DNA from: an uncultured Thermofilaceae archaeon
Lineage (GTDB): Archaea > Thermoproteota > Thermoprotei > Thermofilales > JAPDKD01
Direction of reading: 5' to 3'
NCBI GenBank assembly: GCA_964587325.1
Contig: CAZPLI010000003.1
Coordinates: forward strand, 1-40,905
DNA: 40,905 nucleotides
Part shown: in pieces, positions 1 to 9,285 of the stretch
Position numbering within the stretch: position 1 is the stretch's first letter
How the letters are laid out: every line of letters starts with the position of its first letter
Notes under the pieces: generated by a model
Told to the model about the DNA's origin: nothing
The model's database searches: none
The model's input: the letters and a program-made list of their open reading frames with translations, nothing else
Translations under genes and position numbers: made by a program

Positions 1-1
1 T

Positions 2-516
<515 letters not shown>

Positions 517-607
517 AATAAGAGTAAGAAGTTGAGCATATCTAATGTTTTCTCCCGGAAGAGGACCGGGAGTACTTACATGAGTCGAGTATAGCGATAA
601 ATACTCC

Positions 608-1369
608 GTGTACACTGTAAAGCTTGGTGGTGCATTGTCTCAAGATCTATTGCTCAAGGAAATTAAGACGAAAATAGCGGGCGATATAGTACTGGCGCCC
701 AATCCGGGCAAAGCCATGCGTAAATGGAGAGAGCTCTTTAACGTAAGTCAAATAGAGCTTGCCGAGAAGATGAATGTCTCGGCATCTGTAGTTAGTGACT
801 ACGAGAGTGGAAGAAGAAGATCGCCGGGAGCGAAATTCATAAAGAGATTTGTAGATGCGCTCGTCTCGATAGACTTAGAGCGCGGGAGACCGGCTATCAA
901 CACTCTACTGAGACTCTTTCTGGGATCTCATAAGCTCTATGAGGCCATAATAGACATGAGGGAGTTCAGTAAACCCGTGACTATACGAGAATTCTGTGAG
1001 GCAACGGATTCTGAGCTAATCGTTGGTAAAGACGAGTTTGAAGATAATCTCCTCTTCGGGTACACGGTCGTTGACAGCATTAAGCTGGTACTCGAGGTTC
1101 CCAGCTATGACTACGTTAAGCTGTACGGCGCTACAACGCAGCGCGCAGCAGTATTCACCAAAGTTTACTACGGACGGAGTCCCATGGTTGCAATCAAGGC
1201 TATGCAAGCCGGTATGGGCGGAATAAGACCGGCACTGGTAGTGTATCACGGTACGAGGAGAATTGACGAGCTAGGTGTTGAAATAGCTAGGCGTGAAGGT
1301 ATCCCGCTAGCGGTATCTCGCGTAAAGAGTGTTGAAGAATTAATTGAAAGATTAAGAAAAATAGGATAG
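608..1369 (+). CDS. XRE-type HTH transcriptional regulator with a C-terminal domain (archaeal COG1395-like)
   Basis: MRKWRELFNVSQIELAEKMNVSASVVSDYESGRRRSPG is a classic HTH_3 motif in the N-terminal third. GTG start. Confidence 0.7.
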   Translation: MYTVKLGGALSQDLLLKEIKTKIAGDIVLAPNPGKAMRKWRELFNVSQIELAEKMNVSASVVSDYESGRRRSPGAKFIKRFVDALVSIDLERGRPAINTLLRLFLGSHKLYEAIIDMREFSKPVTIREFCEATDSELIVGKDEFEDNLLFGYTVVDSIKLVLEVPSYDYVKLYGATTQRAAVFTKVYYGRSPMVAIKAMQAGMGGIRPALVVYHGTRRIDELGVEIARREGIPLAVSRVKSVEELIERLRKIG

Positions 1370-1379
1370 ATCCCTTATA

Positions 1380-1832
1380 TCACTCAACCTTTACCTTAAA
1401 GAACTTTAGTTTTTTAGGCAAGTGTATCTCCAGCACTCCCCCTCGAAATAGTGCCTTTGCTTTCTTATAGTCTACCGGGGCTGGTAGCGTTAACTCAAGT
1501 CTATAGTAGTTGTATTTGCCTTGAGCATAGGTGACCAGCCCTTCAAAGCTTACGCTTCTAGCCATTTTAGCCTCTATTAGAAGGCGATTCTCCGTTCCTC
1601 TAACCGTGATATCTTCGACTCGGCGCACGCCCGGGAGATCTACCCTGACCACAATTTCATCGCCTAAGTCGTGTACCTCGTATAAAGGCAGCAAACAGCG
1701 TGATTCGTAATCTAACAGAGGCTTTGTGAATCTCTCCTCAACCTCCGCTAGTAGCTCTTCCATTTCTCTTCTTATTCTCCTAATGTACTCAAAGAACCAC
1801 TCCTCGCTCATAAAGATCACCTCCTCAAGCAT
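1380..1832 (-). CDS. hsp20: Small heat shock protein, Hsp20/alpha-crystallin family
   Basis: Alpha-crystallin domain pattern: VRVDLPGVRRVEDITVRGTENRLLIEAKM...FRGGVLEIHLPKK. It overlaps the upstream gene by 8 nt. The start may instead be the internal Met at 1811. Confidence 0.85.
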   Translation of the reverse strand: MLEEVIFMSEEWFFEYIRRIRREMEELLAEVEERFTKPLLDYESRCLLPLYEVHDLGDEIVVRVDLPGVRRVEDITVRGTENRLLIEAKMARSVSFEGLVTYAQGKYNYYRLELTLPAPVDYKKAKALFRGGVLEIHLPKKLKFFKVKVE

Positions 1833-2565
1833 ACATTGCCGGCAGCGTGTACTCGTACTCTTTCCCTGCTTGGCGCATAGTCTCCATAGTCCGCCTCATT
1901 AGTTCTCTCAGTTTCACTCTAATCTCTTCTTCTTGCTCTTTTAACGGTGAAACATCGACTTTTATGCCAAATAGAACTCCTAAGGTAGATACTAGGGAGG
2001 CCGCTGCGCCTGGATCTGGATAGTTCATATAGGTCTCTGCCAACAGCGCTATTCCCGAGACACCACGAAGTAGACACTCCTTAAGAACCACTGCGTGAAC
2101 ACCGCTCATGAAGCCTTCTCTTAGTAGTTCTATCCCGCTCTTTTTTAGCATCTCCTTATCTTCTGCCTTTACAGCGGCGCCATAGACTCGTGGAGTCTGT
2201 ATCTCAATTCTGTTAGGCACCGGTATGCCGCTCAGCACTACTATTTGTTCAGCACCACTACTCACAGCCCAATCGACTATTGCGCGCGCCAGTGAGGGTA
2301 TAGTGCGAGGAGGTATAGCTATCTCGGACACGAATACGTAAGTTGAACCTGAGCCGTAGACTCTCACCGGAAGTAATGGTTTAGTTTCGTGAAATAGTAG
2401 TAATGGCGGAATCTCGTCTGAGTCAAAGTATGCCACAAGATCTAGCTTCAAATTCTTAATAAGGAAGGAGGCAGCTATGGGTCCCACAAGGCCTACGTCC
2501 GGAACACCAACAAATAGCTTAAACCCTTTCTCAGGCTCTCTGAGCTTGTGCACTCTCCAGCTCAA
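1825..2565 (-). CDS. PAC2-family protein (proteasome assembly chaperone-like, COG1938)
   Basis: The N-terminal LFVGVPDVGLVGPIAASFLIKNLKL pattern and the approximately 245-aa size are typical of archaeal PAC2/DUF75 proteins. There is a 4-nt overlap with the pgk stop. Confidence 0.65.
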   Translation of the reverse strand: MSWRVHKLREPEKGFKLFVGVPDVGLVGPIAASFLIKNLKLDLVAYFDSDEIPPLLLFHETKPLLPVRVYGSGSTYVFVSEIAIPPRTIPSLARAIVDWAVSSGAEQIVVLSGIPVPNRIEIQTPRVYGAAVKAEDKEMLKKSGIELLREGFMSGVHAVVLKECLLRGVSGIALLAETYMNYPDPGAAASLVSTLGVLFGIKVDVSPLKEQEEEIRVKLRELMRRTMETMRQAGKEYEYTLPAMYA

Positions 2566-3800
2566 GTTCCTACCCCTCCATACTTCTTCAGCACTTCAAC
2601 CACAGGAAGCGTGCCCTTACTCAAGTATCTCATTAAGGCGCCACCGCCTGTGCTCACAAAGGACACTTTGTCTATATAGCCTAGCTTCCTAGCTGCCGCT
2701 ATGGTGTGACCGCCTCCTATTAGCGAGAAAGCTCCGGACTGGACTATAGCGTCGAATACCGCGCGAGTGCCGCTTGCAAAGGCAGCTTCCTCGAAGACTC
2801 CCATAGGGCCGTTCATGACAATAGTCTTGGCTCTCTCTATAATAGACGCGTACTCCTTAACCGTATTATCACCTATATCTTTAATTAGATAGTCGGTGGG
2901 TAAGCTATCTATGTCCACTATTTCGCGTTTACCCTCTACGTCCACTGCAAGGTCGACTGGCAAAACGACTTTTTTTCCATGCTTTTCAAGTAGCTTTTTG
3001 ACCTCGGAAACAAGTTCTGTGAATCCTCTCTTTTCTAAGACCTCGATATTAGGCCTGCCGAGATTTACCCCCTTAGCATAAAGGAATAGGTTAGCCACTA
3101 AGCCTCCGGTGAGGACATAGTCAGCTATGCCTTGGCTTAAGACAGCATCGGCCACGCTGGCCGAGTCCTCAGCCTTAGCCCCACCGAGGATGTAAACGCA
3201 GGGATGCTCAGGGTTATTCCTGACGCGTTCTAGCGCTTTAAGTTCCGCCTCCATTACTCTTCCCACTGCAACTTCGCTAACAGCAGGAGCAAAACCTACC
3301 ATTGACACGTGCATCCTGTGTGCGGCAGCGAAAGCATCCACCACAAACACGTCAATTAGAGGCGCCAGTCTCCTGACCATTTCACTCTTCGCATGCTCTT
3401 CCGCAGGTGCTTTCTTAGTCTCGCCGTCCCAGAACCTTACGTTTTCTAAGAGTAAGACCTCTCCTTCCCTTAGGCCTTTGATTGCTGATACAGCTTTTTC
3501 ACCGAAGATGTCATCGACGAACTTGACCTCTTTGCCTAGAACCTTACTTAAAACTAAAGCATGTTGCTTGAGACTTACGAAATCTGGCTCGCCCCTGCGT
3601 CCCTGGTGAGCCATAAGTACAACTTTTGCGCCGCGCTCCACAAGCTCTTTAATAGTCTTCTCCCCGTGAGTCCTTATCCTAGTGTCATCAAGTATTCGCC
3701 CCGTAGATGGATCTATAGGAGAGTTAAAGTCAACGCGCACAAGTACGCGTCGCCCCTCGACACTCACGTCGTCCAGCGTCTTGATCCCCAGAACAGGCAT
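2562..3800 (-). CDS. pgk: Phosphoglycerate kinase
   Basis: VRVDFNSPID, MAHQGRRGEPDF and the C-terminal VSTGGGALMRYL motif. 412 aa, archaeal PGK length. Confidence 0.95.
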   Translation of the reverse strand: MPVLGIKTLDDVSVEGRRVLVRVDFNSPIDPSTGRILDDTRIRTHGEKTIKELVERGAKVVLMAHQGRRGEPDFVSLKQHALVLSKVLGKEVKFVDDIFGEKAVSAIKGLREGEVLLLENVRFWDGETKKAPAEEHAKSEMVRRLAPLIDVFVVDAFAAAHRMHVSMVGFAPAVSEVAVGRVMEAELKALERVRNNPEHPCVYILGGAKAEDSASVADAVLSQGIADYVLTGGLVANLFLYAKGVNLGRPNIEVLEKRGFTELVSEVKKLLEKHGKKVVLPVDLAVDVEGKREIVDIDSLPTDYLIKDIGDNTVKEYASIIERAKTIVMNGPMGVFEEAAFASGTRAVFDAIVQSGAFSLIGGGHTIAAARKLGYIDKVSFVSTGGGALMRYLSKGTLPVVEVLKKYGGVGT

Positions 3801-3869
3801 TACTCTTTCACCAGTTATCGTAGTATGTCTAAGGCAGTAATATGGTCTTCTCCTAACTATAGCTAGAGG

Positions 3870-4448
3870 TTACTTTGATGTCACTTCGACGAATAGCTGT
3901 CCTGCCTCTAAACTCGCTGAGAAGAGCAGGATAGAGGCAGCCAGTAGTAACGTTGCTAAGTATATGCCTATTTCGTCGTCGAAGTTTCGCCTAGCGAGTG
4001 CCAATATTGAGATTATGCTTTCAACTGACACGAGAGATACAGCTACCATTTCCAGCCACATAACTGGTTGAGTCAGCATAAAGTAATACGTTTTAAGCAC
4101 ATTCTCTCCCTCAGTTTCAGCCACAACTCTAACTGCCATACCTGAGGTGTACGCCGTATAAAGTGCAGTCACGGCTCCTAGGCCAGGCATTGCGCATGCT
4201 ACCACTATTCTCGAGTTATGGTAGAATATTCTATAGCATAACTCATCGACGGAGCTTACGTTAGACAGTATCCCCGAAAGGTACTCCTTGTAAGCCTTAT
4301 AGAGCTTCGTGGCTTCTTCTTTAGGGAGCGAGGTAAATATTCCTGCTGTGTACGTTACAAGCAAGAGCACTAAGAATACCACGTAGGCCGCGATGCGTAT
4401 TTTATAGGAGACAGGTAGCGGCTTCTTCGCATGGCTACTAACTCTCAT
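3870..4448 (-). CDS. Multi-pass membrane protein, SpoIIM/DUF95-like
   Basis: Several hydrophobic segments. FYHNSRIVVACAMPGLGAVTALYTAYTSGMAV resembles the DUF95 core. Confidence 0.45.
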   Translation of the reverse strand: MRVSSHAKKPLPVSYKIRIAAYVVFLVLLLVTYTAGIFTSLPKEEATKLYKAYKEYLSGILSNVSSVDELCYRIFYHNSRIVVACAMPGLGAVTALYTAYTSGMAVRVVAETEGENVLKTYYFMLTQPVMWLEMVAVSLVSVESIISILALARRNFDDEIGIYLATLLLAASILLFSASLEAGQLFVEVTSK

Positions 4449-4537
4449 GAAGCCTCACTTACCCTGCAAATAGCGCCTATATTTCCCTCGCGCTGCTCGC
4501 GTTATTCCCTTTAACCGCAAATCATCCTTTTAGAGCG

Positions 4538-5248
4538 ATGAAGCTAGAGGAACTCCTGTCTAAGGCCGATCCTAACGATCTGGCTAAAAGGATAGACCAC
4601 ACCAACCTTAAACCGGACGCTAGCGTAAGCGACCTTGAAAGGACCTGCCGAGAAGCGCTCGAGTACGAGTTTAGAGGTTGCTGCATTGCGCCGTGGTTCG
4701 TAAGGGAGGCGGCGTCTATACTCGCCGGAAGCGACGTTAAGCTCGTCACGGTAGCAGGTTTTCCTCTGGGAAACATCCCGTTAAGCGTCAAAAAGGCAGA
4801 GGTCGAGGCGGCGCTTGTCTCAGGCGCAGACGAAGTTGACGTTGTAATGAATGTATCAGCCTTCAAGTCAGGCAGAGTGGACTATGTGAGAAACGAACTC
4901 TCAGAGCTTGTAGAGCTGGTAAGAGGCTATGGTGGGGTTATAAAGGTGATAATAGAGACCTCCTTCCTTAGCAGCGAGGAGATAATAAGTGCTGCTAGGC
5001 TAGTAGCTGAAGTCGGTGCTGACTTTGTTAAAACAAATACAGGCTTTGGCAAGCGGGGCGTGCTTCCGGGAGATATAGTTCTAATAAAGAAAGCGCTGTC
5101 AGGGGGTAAAACGAGAGTAAAGGCTGCCGGAGGGATAAGGAGGGCTATCGACGCACTGATACTAATAGAGCTGGGAGCCGACGTTTTGGGTACGAGCTCG
5201 GGGAAGCAGATAGTGGATGAACTTAAATTATTGTCTAAATACTCATAG
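4538..5248 (+). CDS. deoC: Deoxyribose-phosphate aldolase
   Basis: IDHTNLKPDAS, DEVDVVMN, KVIIET, and ADFVKTNTGF with the Schiff-base Lys. Confidence 0.9.
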   Translation: MKLEELLSKADPNDLAKRIDHTNLKPDASVSDLERTCREALEYEFRGCCIAPWFVREAASILAGSDVKLVTVAGFPLGNIPLSVKKAEVEAALVSGADEVDVVMNVSAFKSGRVDYVRNELSELVELVRGYGGVIKVIIETSFLSSEEIISAARLVAEVGADFVKTNTGFGKRGVLPGDIVLIKKALSGGKTRVKAAGGIRRAIDALILIELGADVLGTSSGKQIVDELKLLSKYS

Positions 5249-5274
5249 ACACCTGTTGAAGCCGGGTGCAGCGT

Positions 5275-6312
5275 ATGAGGCCATCTAGGGATGTGGGCAT
5301 CGTAGGCTATGGGGCCTACGTTCCAGTATACAGGATAAAGGGTGAGGAGATAGCCAGGGTCTGGGGGCGGCAGGCGTGGCCCGTAGAAGAGAAGAGCGTA
5401 CCAGGGCCTGACGAGGACTCGCTAACAATGGCGGTTGAGGCAGCCAAGAACGCCCTGAAGAGAGCGCGCATTGAGCCCGCAAGGATAGGCGCCGTTTACG
5501 TAGGCTCAGAGAGTCCTCCCTACGCTGTTAAGCCGTCTGCGACTGTAGTCGCTGAGGCCTTAGGCATTACGCCGGAACTCTTAGCGATAGATATGGAGTT
5601 CGCCTGTAGGGCGGGTACTACTGCCCTGCAGGACGTGATAGGTCTAGTAGGAAGCGGCATGATCGAGTACGGGTTAGCTATTGGGACTGACACGGCTCAG
5701 GGTAGGCCAGGCGACGAGTTGGAGTTCACGGCAGCAGCCGGTGCGGCCGCGTTCATAGTGGGGCCAGGTAGCGAGTCGCTAGCTTTAGTAGAGGGGTCTT
5801 ACTCCTTTGTCACAGATACTCCCGACTTCTGGCGCAGAGCAGGGGAGAAGTATCCAAGGCATGCGTACAGGTTCACCGGCAAGCCAGCGTACTTCAGACA
5901 CATAGTGGGCGCGGTTAAGGGCTTGATGACCGAGTTAGGGCTAAAGGCCGAGGACTTCGACTACGTAGTCTTCCACCAGCCTAATGTGAAGTTCCCGCTC
6001 AGAGTGGCCAAAATGTTAGGCTTCCCGCGTGAAAAAGTCGAGCCAGGGCTTCTTTCTAACGTTATAGGAAACACCTACGCTGCTGCGTCTCTCTTAGGCC
6101 TTGCGGCGGTACTCGACATAGCCAAGCCTGGGCAGAGGGTCCTCGTTGCTTCGTTCGGCAGCGGAGCGGGCAGCGATGCAATAAGCCTTGTAGTGACCGA
6201 CGCGATAGAGGAGCGCAGAGACCTAGCGCCTAAAGTTAGTGACTACATAAAACGCAAAGTCTACATCGACTATGCAACCTACGCGCTATACAGAGGTAAG
6301 ATCTCGAGGTGA
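5275..6312 (+). CDS. Hydroxymethylglutaryl-CoA synthase (archaeal type)
   Basis: [33 protein letters not shown] (catalytic Cys), FHQPN, GNTYAAS. I prefer the ATG at 5275, which has GGTG 7 nt upstream, over the ORF-track GTG at 5266. Confidence 0.9.
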   Translation: MRPSRDVGIVGYGAYVPVYRIKGEEIARVWGRQAWPVEEKSVPGPDEDSLTMAVEAAKNALKRARIEPARIGAVYVGSESPPYAVKPSATVVAEALGITPELLAIDMEFACRAGTTALQDVIGLVGSGMIEYGLAIGTDTAQGRPGDELEFTAAAGAAAFIVGPGSESLALVEGSYSFVTDTPDFWRRAGEKYPRHAYRFTGKPAYFRHIVGAVKGLMTELGLKAEDFDYVVFHQPNVKFPLRVAKMLGFPREKVEPGLLSNVIGNTYAAASLLGLAAVLDIAKPGQRVLVASFGSGAGSDAISLVVTDAIEERRDLAPKVSDYIKRKVYIDYATYALYRGKISR

Positions 6313-6319
6313 TGCATTG

Positions 6320-7489
6320 ATGAGGAGAGTGTTTATCGCGGGGGCTGGCGCGACGCCCATCGGCGAGCACTGGGAGAGGTCATTAAGGGACCTTATGGCA
6401 GAAGCTGCACTGCGAGCTATACAGGACTCGGGGCTGGATAAGAAGTCGATAGAGGCAGTCTACATAGGTAACATGTCATCAGGGTCTCTGCAGGGCCAAG
6501 AGCACCTAGGAGCGCTCCTGGCAACGTGGATAGGCATACCAGGAGTTGCGGCGGCCAAAGTAGAAGCCGCTTGCGCCAGCGGTGGTGCAGCCTTCCACCA
6601 AGCCTTCCTAGCAGTGGCCTCAGGACTGTACGACCGCGTACTAGTAGTCGGCGTTGAGAAAATGACAGACGCAGTAACGGCTGACGTCACTTCAGCTCTC
6701 ATAATGGCAGACGACCAAGAATATGTGGCTTTCACAGGCGCCTCTTTCGTAGGACTAAACGCGCTAGTATACAGGGCCTACATGAGCGAGTTCGGCGCTA
6801 AACAGGAAGACATAGCTCTCTTCGCGGTCCACGACCACAAATACGCAGTAAACAATGAGCTGGCTCAATTCAGGCGCGAGATAACCTTGGACGATGTGCT
6901 CAAGTCGCCTCTAGTAGCAGACCCTATTCGCCTGCTAGAGTGCGCACCTATTGGCGACGGTGCAGCAGCCTTAGTGCTCTGCTCCGAAGAGGCAGTTAAG
7001 AGTTCAAGGAGGAACGATACGCTCGTGGAGGTCGCAGCATCTACTGTCGCCACCGACGTACTGAGTCTCCACGACAGAGAGACTCTAACAACGCTTAGAG
7101 CTACAGTTAAAGCTGCAGAGAGAGCTTACAGAATGGCCAAGATAGAGCCCGAGGACGTAGACGTACTAGAGGTTCACGACGCGTTTACTATCCTAGGAGT
7201 GATCCACGTCGAGGATCTAGGCTTCGCTAAGAAAGGCGAAGGCTGGAGACTTCTTAAGGAAGGCGAGCTCGAGATTGGAGGTAAAATCCCGACAAATACT
7301 CTCGGAGGCCTAAAAGCTAGGGGGCATCCTGTGGGAGCCACAGGTGTCTACCAGATATACGACGTCGTTAAGCAACTGTGGGGAGAGGCGGGAGCGAACC
7401 AGGTAGAAGGTGCAGAGATAGGTCTCGCACAGAATGTGGGTGGTGTCGGAGGGACTGTAGTTGTTACGATCCTAAGGAGGGTGAGATGA
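6320..7489 (+). CDS. Acetyl-CoA acetyltransferase (thiolase)
   Basis: MRRVFIAGAGATPIGEH start, VEAACASGGAAF (catalytic Cys), LEVHDAF, GGLKARGHPVGATG. The ORF-track start at 6272 overlaps the HMGCS gene and is probably an over-extension. Confidence 0.9.
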   Translation: MRRVFIAGAGATPIGEHWERSLRDLMAEAALRAIQDSGLDKKSIEAVYIGNMSSGSLQGQEHLGALLATWIGIPGVAAAKVEAACASGGAAFHQAFLAVASGLYDRVLVVGVEKMTDAVTADVTSALIMADDQEYVAFTGASFVGLNALVYRAYMSEFGAKQEDIALFAVHDHKYAVNNELAQFRREITLDDVLKSPLVADPIRLLECAPIGDGAAALVLCSEEAVKSSRRNDTLVEVAASTVATDVLSLHDRETLTTLRATVKAAERAYRMAKIEPEDVDVLEVHDAFTILGVIHVEDLGFAKKGEGWRLLKEGELEIGGKIPTNTLGGLKARGHPVGATGVYQIYDVVKQLWGEAGANQVEGAEIGLAQNVGGVGGTVVVTILRRVR

Positions 7490-7490
7490 T

Positions 7491-7895
7491 ATGGTTAAGG
7501 CTCCTAGCGTATCGAGAGTTTGGAGGGAGCGTATAGTAAAGTACAGGCTAATAGGCGGCCTGTGCAAGGACTGCGGTAAGAGGTTCTATCCTCCTAGGCC
7601 AGCATGTCCGGCCTGTGGTTCAGAGAACGTTGAACAAGTTAAGCTGCCTGAGGAGGGCCGCTTGCTATACTTCACTGTGATAAGGTCGCCACCACGAGAC
7701 TTCGGGCCTCAACCCTACATCGTTGGTATAGTGGAGCTCAAAGACGGTACAAGGATCATAACACAGATAGTTGATGCAGCACCGGAGAGCCTGAAACCCG
7801 GTTTAGAGTTAGAGGCAGTATTCCGTAAGTATAGGGAGCAAGGGCCCGACGGCATAATCGAGTACGGCATAAAGTTTAGGCCCAAAATAGGTTGA
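7491..7895 (+). CDS. DUF35 OB-fold/Zn-ribbon protein (thiolase/HMGCS scaffold subunit)
   Basis: The CKDCGKRFYPPRPACPACGS zinc ribbon is followed by an OB-fold-like segment. It starts 1 nt after the thiolase stop. Confidence 0.85.
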   Translation: MVKAPSVSRVWRERIVKYRLIGGLCKDCGKRFYPPRPACPACGSENVEQVKLPEEGRLLYFTVIRSPPRDFGPQPYIVGIVELKDGTRIITQIVDAAPESLKPGLELEAVFRKYREQGPDGIIEYGIKFRPKIG

Positions 7896-7899
7896 TAGA

Positions 7900-8211
7900 A
7901 TGCAAACACTTCGCGAGAAAATAATAGACCTTCTAATGAGTTCCGAGAGACCGCTTACTGTGAACGAGATCGGTGAAATGCTGGGCGTTCCTCGCGAGCA
8001 GAGAAAGCTGCTATACGAAGAGCTGATACACGCCGCTAAGACGCTTAAACGTAAAAGTGGAGGTATCTATCAGCTAATATACGAGCCACCTCGCTGTGCG
8101 GCATGTGGGTACGTATTTGGCGAGCTGAAGAGAATTAGGAGGCCCAGTCGTTGCCCCCGTTGTAAAAGCGAGAGAATACTGCCTCCACAGTTCTGGGTCA
8201 TGAAGGCTTAG
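7900..8211 (+). CDS. Winged-HTH plus C-terminal Zn-ribbon regulator (COG3357 / PF0610-like)
   Basis: The LTVNEIGEMLGV wHTH-like N-terminus is followed by CAACG...CPRCKS (4 Cys). It starts 4 nt after the DUF35 stop. Confidence 0.6.
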   Translation: MQTLREKIIDLLMSSERPLTVNEIGEMLGVPREQRKLLYEELIHAAKTLKRKSGGIYQLIYEPPRCAACGYVFGELKRIRRPSRCPRCKSERILPPQFWVMKA

Positions 8212-8220
8212 AAAACACGT

Positions 8221-9285
8221 TTAGGTTTTTCTTTCGCTAATTATTGCCTCTATTAGTGCTACGACTATAGCAGTGAGTGCATTGTCGGTCGGTAGTGTAA
8301 TGCCTGGAGCTACGTCCACAATTAGGCTTGCAGCCCTAAAGATCCCTGTTGGGAGCCCCTCCCTTGCTCCAATCAGTACGTTTACTCTCCTAGAAGTCTC
8401 AAATAACTCTCTAAGATTGTCTGAGACTTCGCTTATAGCCTTCCCTCTAGTAGATGTGACTATTATCGGTTCATCTCTTCTATCTCTTACGAACTGATAA
8501 AGGTCTTGAACAACTACTGGCACGGGGTGTACCTTGTGTGAGTACGTCTTTCGTTGGATCTCAAGACGAGACTTTATACCTTCTAGTACGCCGCTAATGA
8601 ATACTGCTAGTTCCTCCGCGGGGACCGGCTTAAAAGGAGCTATTACTAGTTCTCTGAGTTCGAATGTCTGAGCAGCTCTGCCTATCCTAACGCCTACCTT
8701 CCTTACGGCATCTAAAGGTCCTCCGTAGGGGACCTGAGCTATAGCAATTTTCCTTAGCAGAGGCTTTATGTCGGGTTTGCCAGGGTACGTCTTTTTCTTC
8801 TCTTCTCTACCCTCAGTAATTGTTATATACGCTATATCATCTATTATTTCGATCCAAACAATTTTGTCGGGGTATGTCAAATTAACTGGCGAACTTGTTA
8901 CGCTCTGAATGGCTGCGCCGGCTCTAACATTGACATCAATGCTTGTGAAATTATGTGATCCTCTGCGAGTAGTTCGCACGGCAAACGTCTCGTTGGGAGA
9001 TATTCGATTCCTGGCGGCCTCCGCGGCTTTAGCTGCTATATCTTCGAGGTCGGCCTTAGCTTCAGATACGACCTCAAACACCTTTTCAGCTTCCAGAACT
9101 TCACGAGATATCACGTCATAAGCCTCACGAAATGAGTCTTCAGGTACGTAGACCAACACTAAGCCCTTATACCCATGAGGAGCTGATTCCACGCGGGCCT
9201 CCGGTACCAGCTCAAGCACTCTACTGGCAGCGATTTTTTCGAGCCCTCTTGGGGTCTTAAGTAGAATCTTTCTCTCCTTGTTCAC
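8221..9285 (-). CDS. THUMP-domain protein fused to a SPOUT-like C-terminal domain (putative RNA methyltransferase)
   Basis: The N-terminal ferredoxin-like/THUMP pattern is ETFAVRTTRRGSHNFTSIDVNVRAGAAI. The C-terminal NVLIGAREGLP...VDVAPGITLPTDNALTAIVVAL resembles the SPOUT knot region. Confidence 0.5.
   Translation of the reverse strand: MNKERKILLKTPRGLEKIAASRVLELVPEARVESAPHGYKGLVLVYVPEDSFREAYDVISREVLEAEKVFEVVSEAKADLEDIAAKAAEAARNRISPNETFAVRTTRRGSHNFTSIDVNVRAGAAIQSVTSSPVNLTYPDKIVWIEIIDDIAYITITEGREEKKKTYPGKPDIKPLLRKIAIAQVPYGGPLDAVRKVGVRIGRAAQTFELRELVIAPFKPVPAEELAVFISGVLEGIKSRLEIQRKTYSHKVHPVPVVVQDLYQFVRDRRDEPIIVTSTRGKAISEVSDNLRELFETSRRVNVLIGAREGLPTGIFRAASLIVDVAPGITLPTDNALTAIVVALIEAIISERKT

Noticed and set aside
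6272-6319. The ORF-track start of the thiolase overlaps the HMG-CoA synthase by 41 nt, which might suggest programmed overlap or frameshifting.
   Set aside because: The canonical thiolase N-terminus MRRVFIAGAGATP begins at the ATG at 6320, 7 nt after the HMGCS stop. The upstream extension has no homology-like features.
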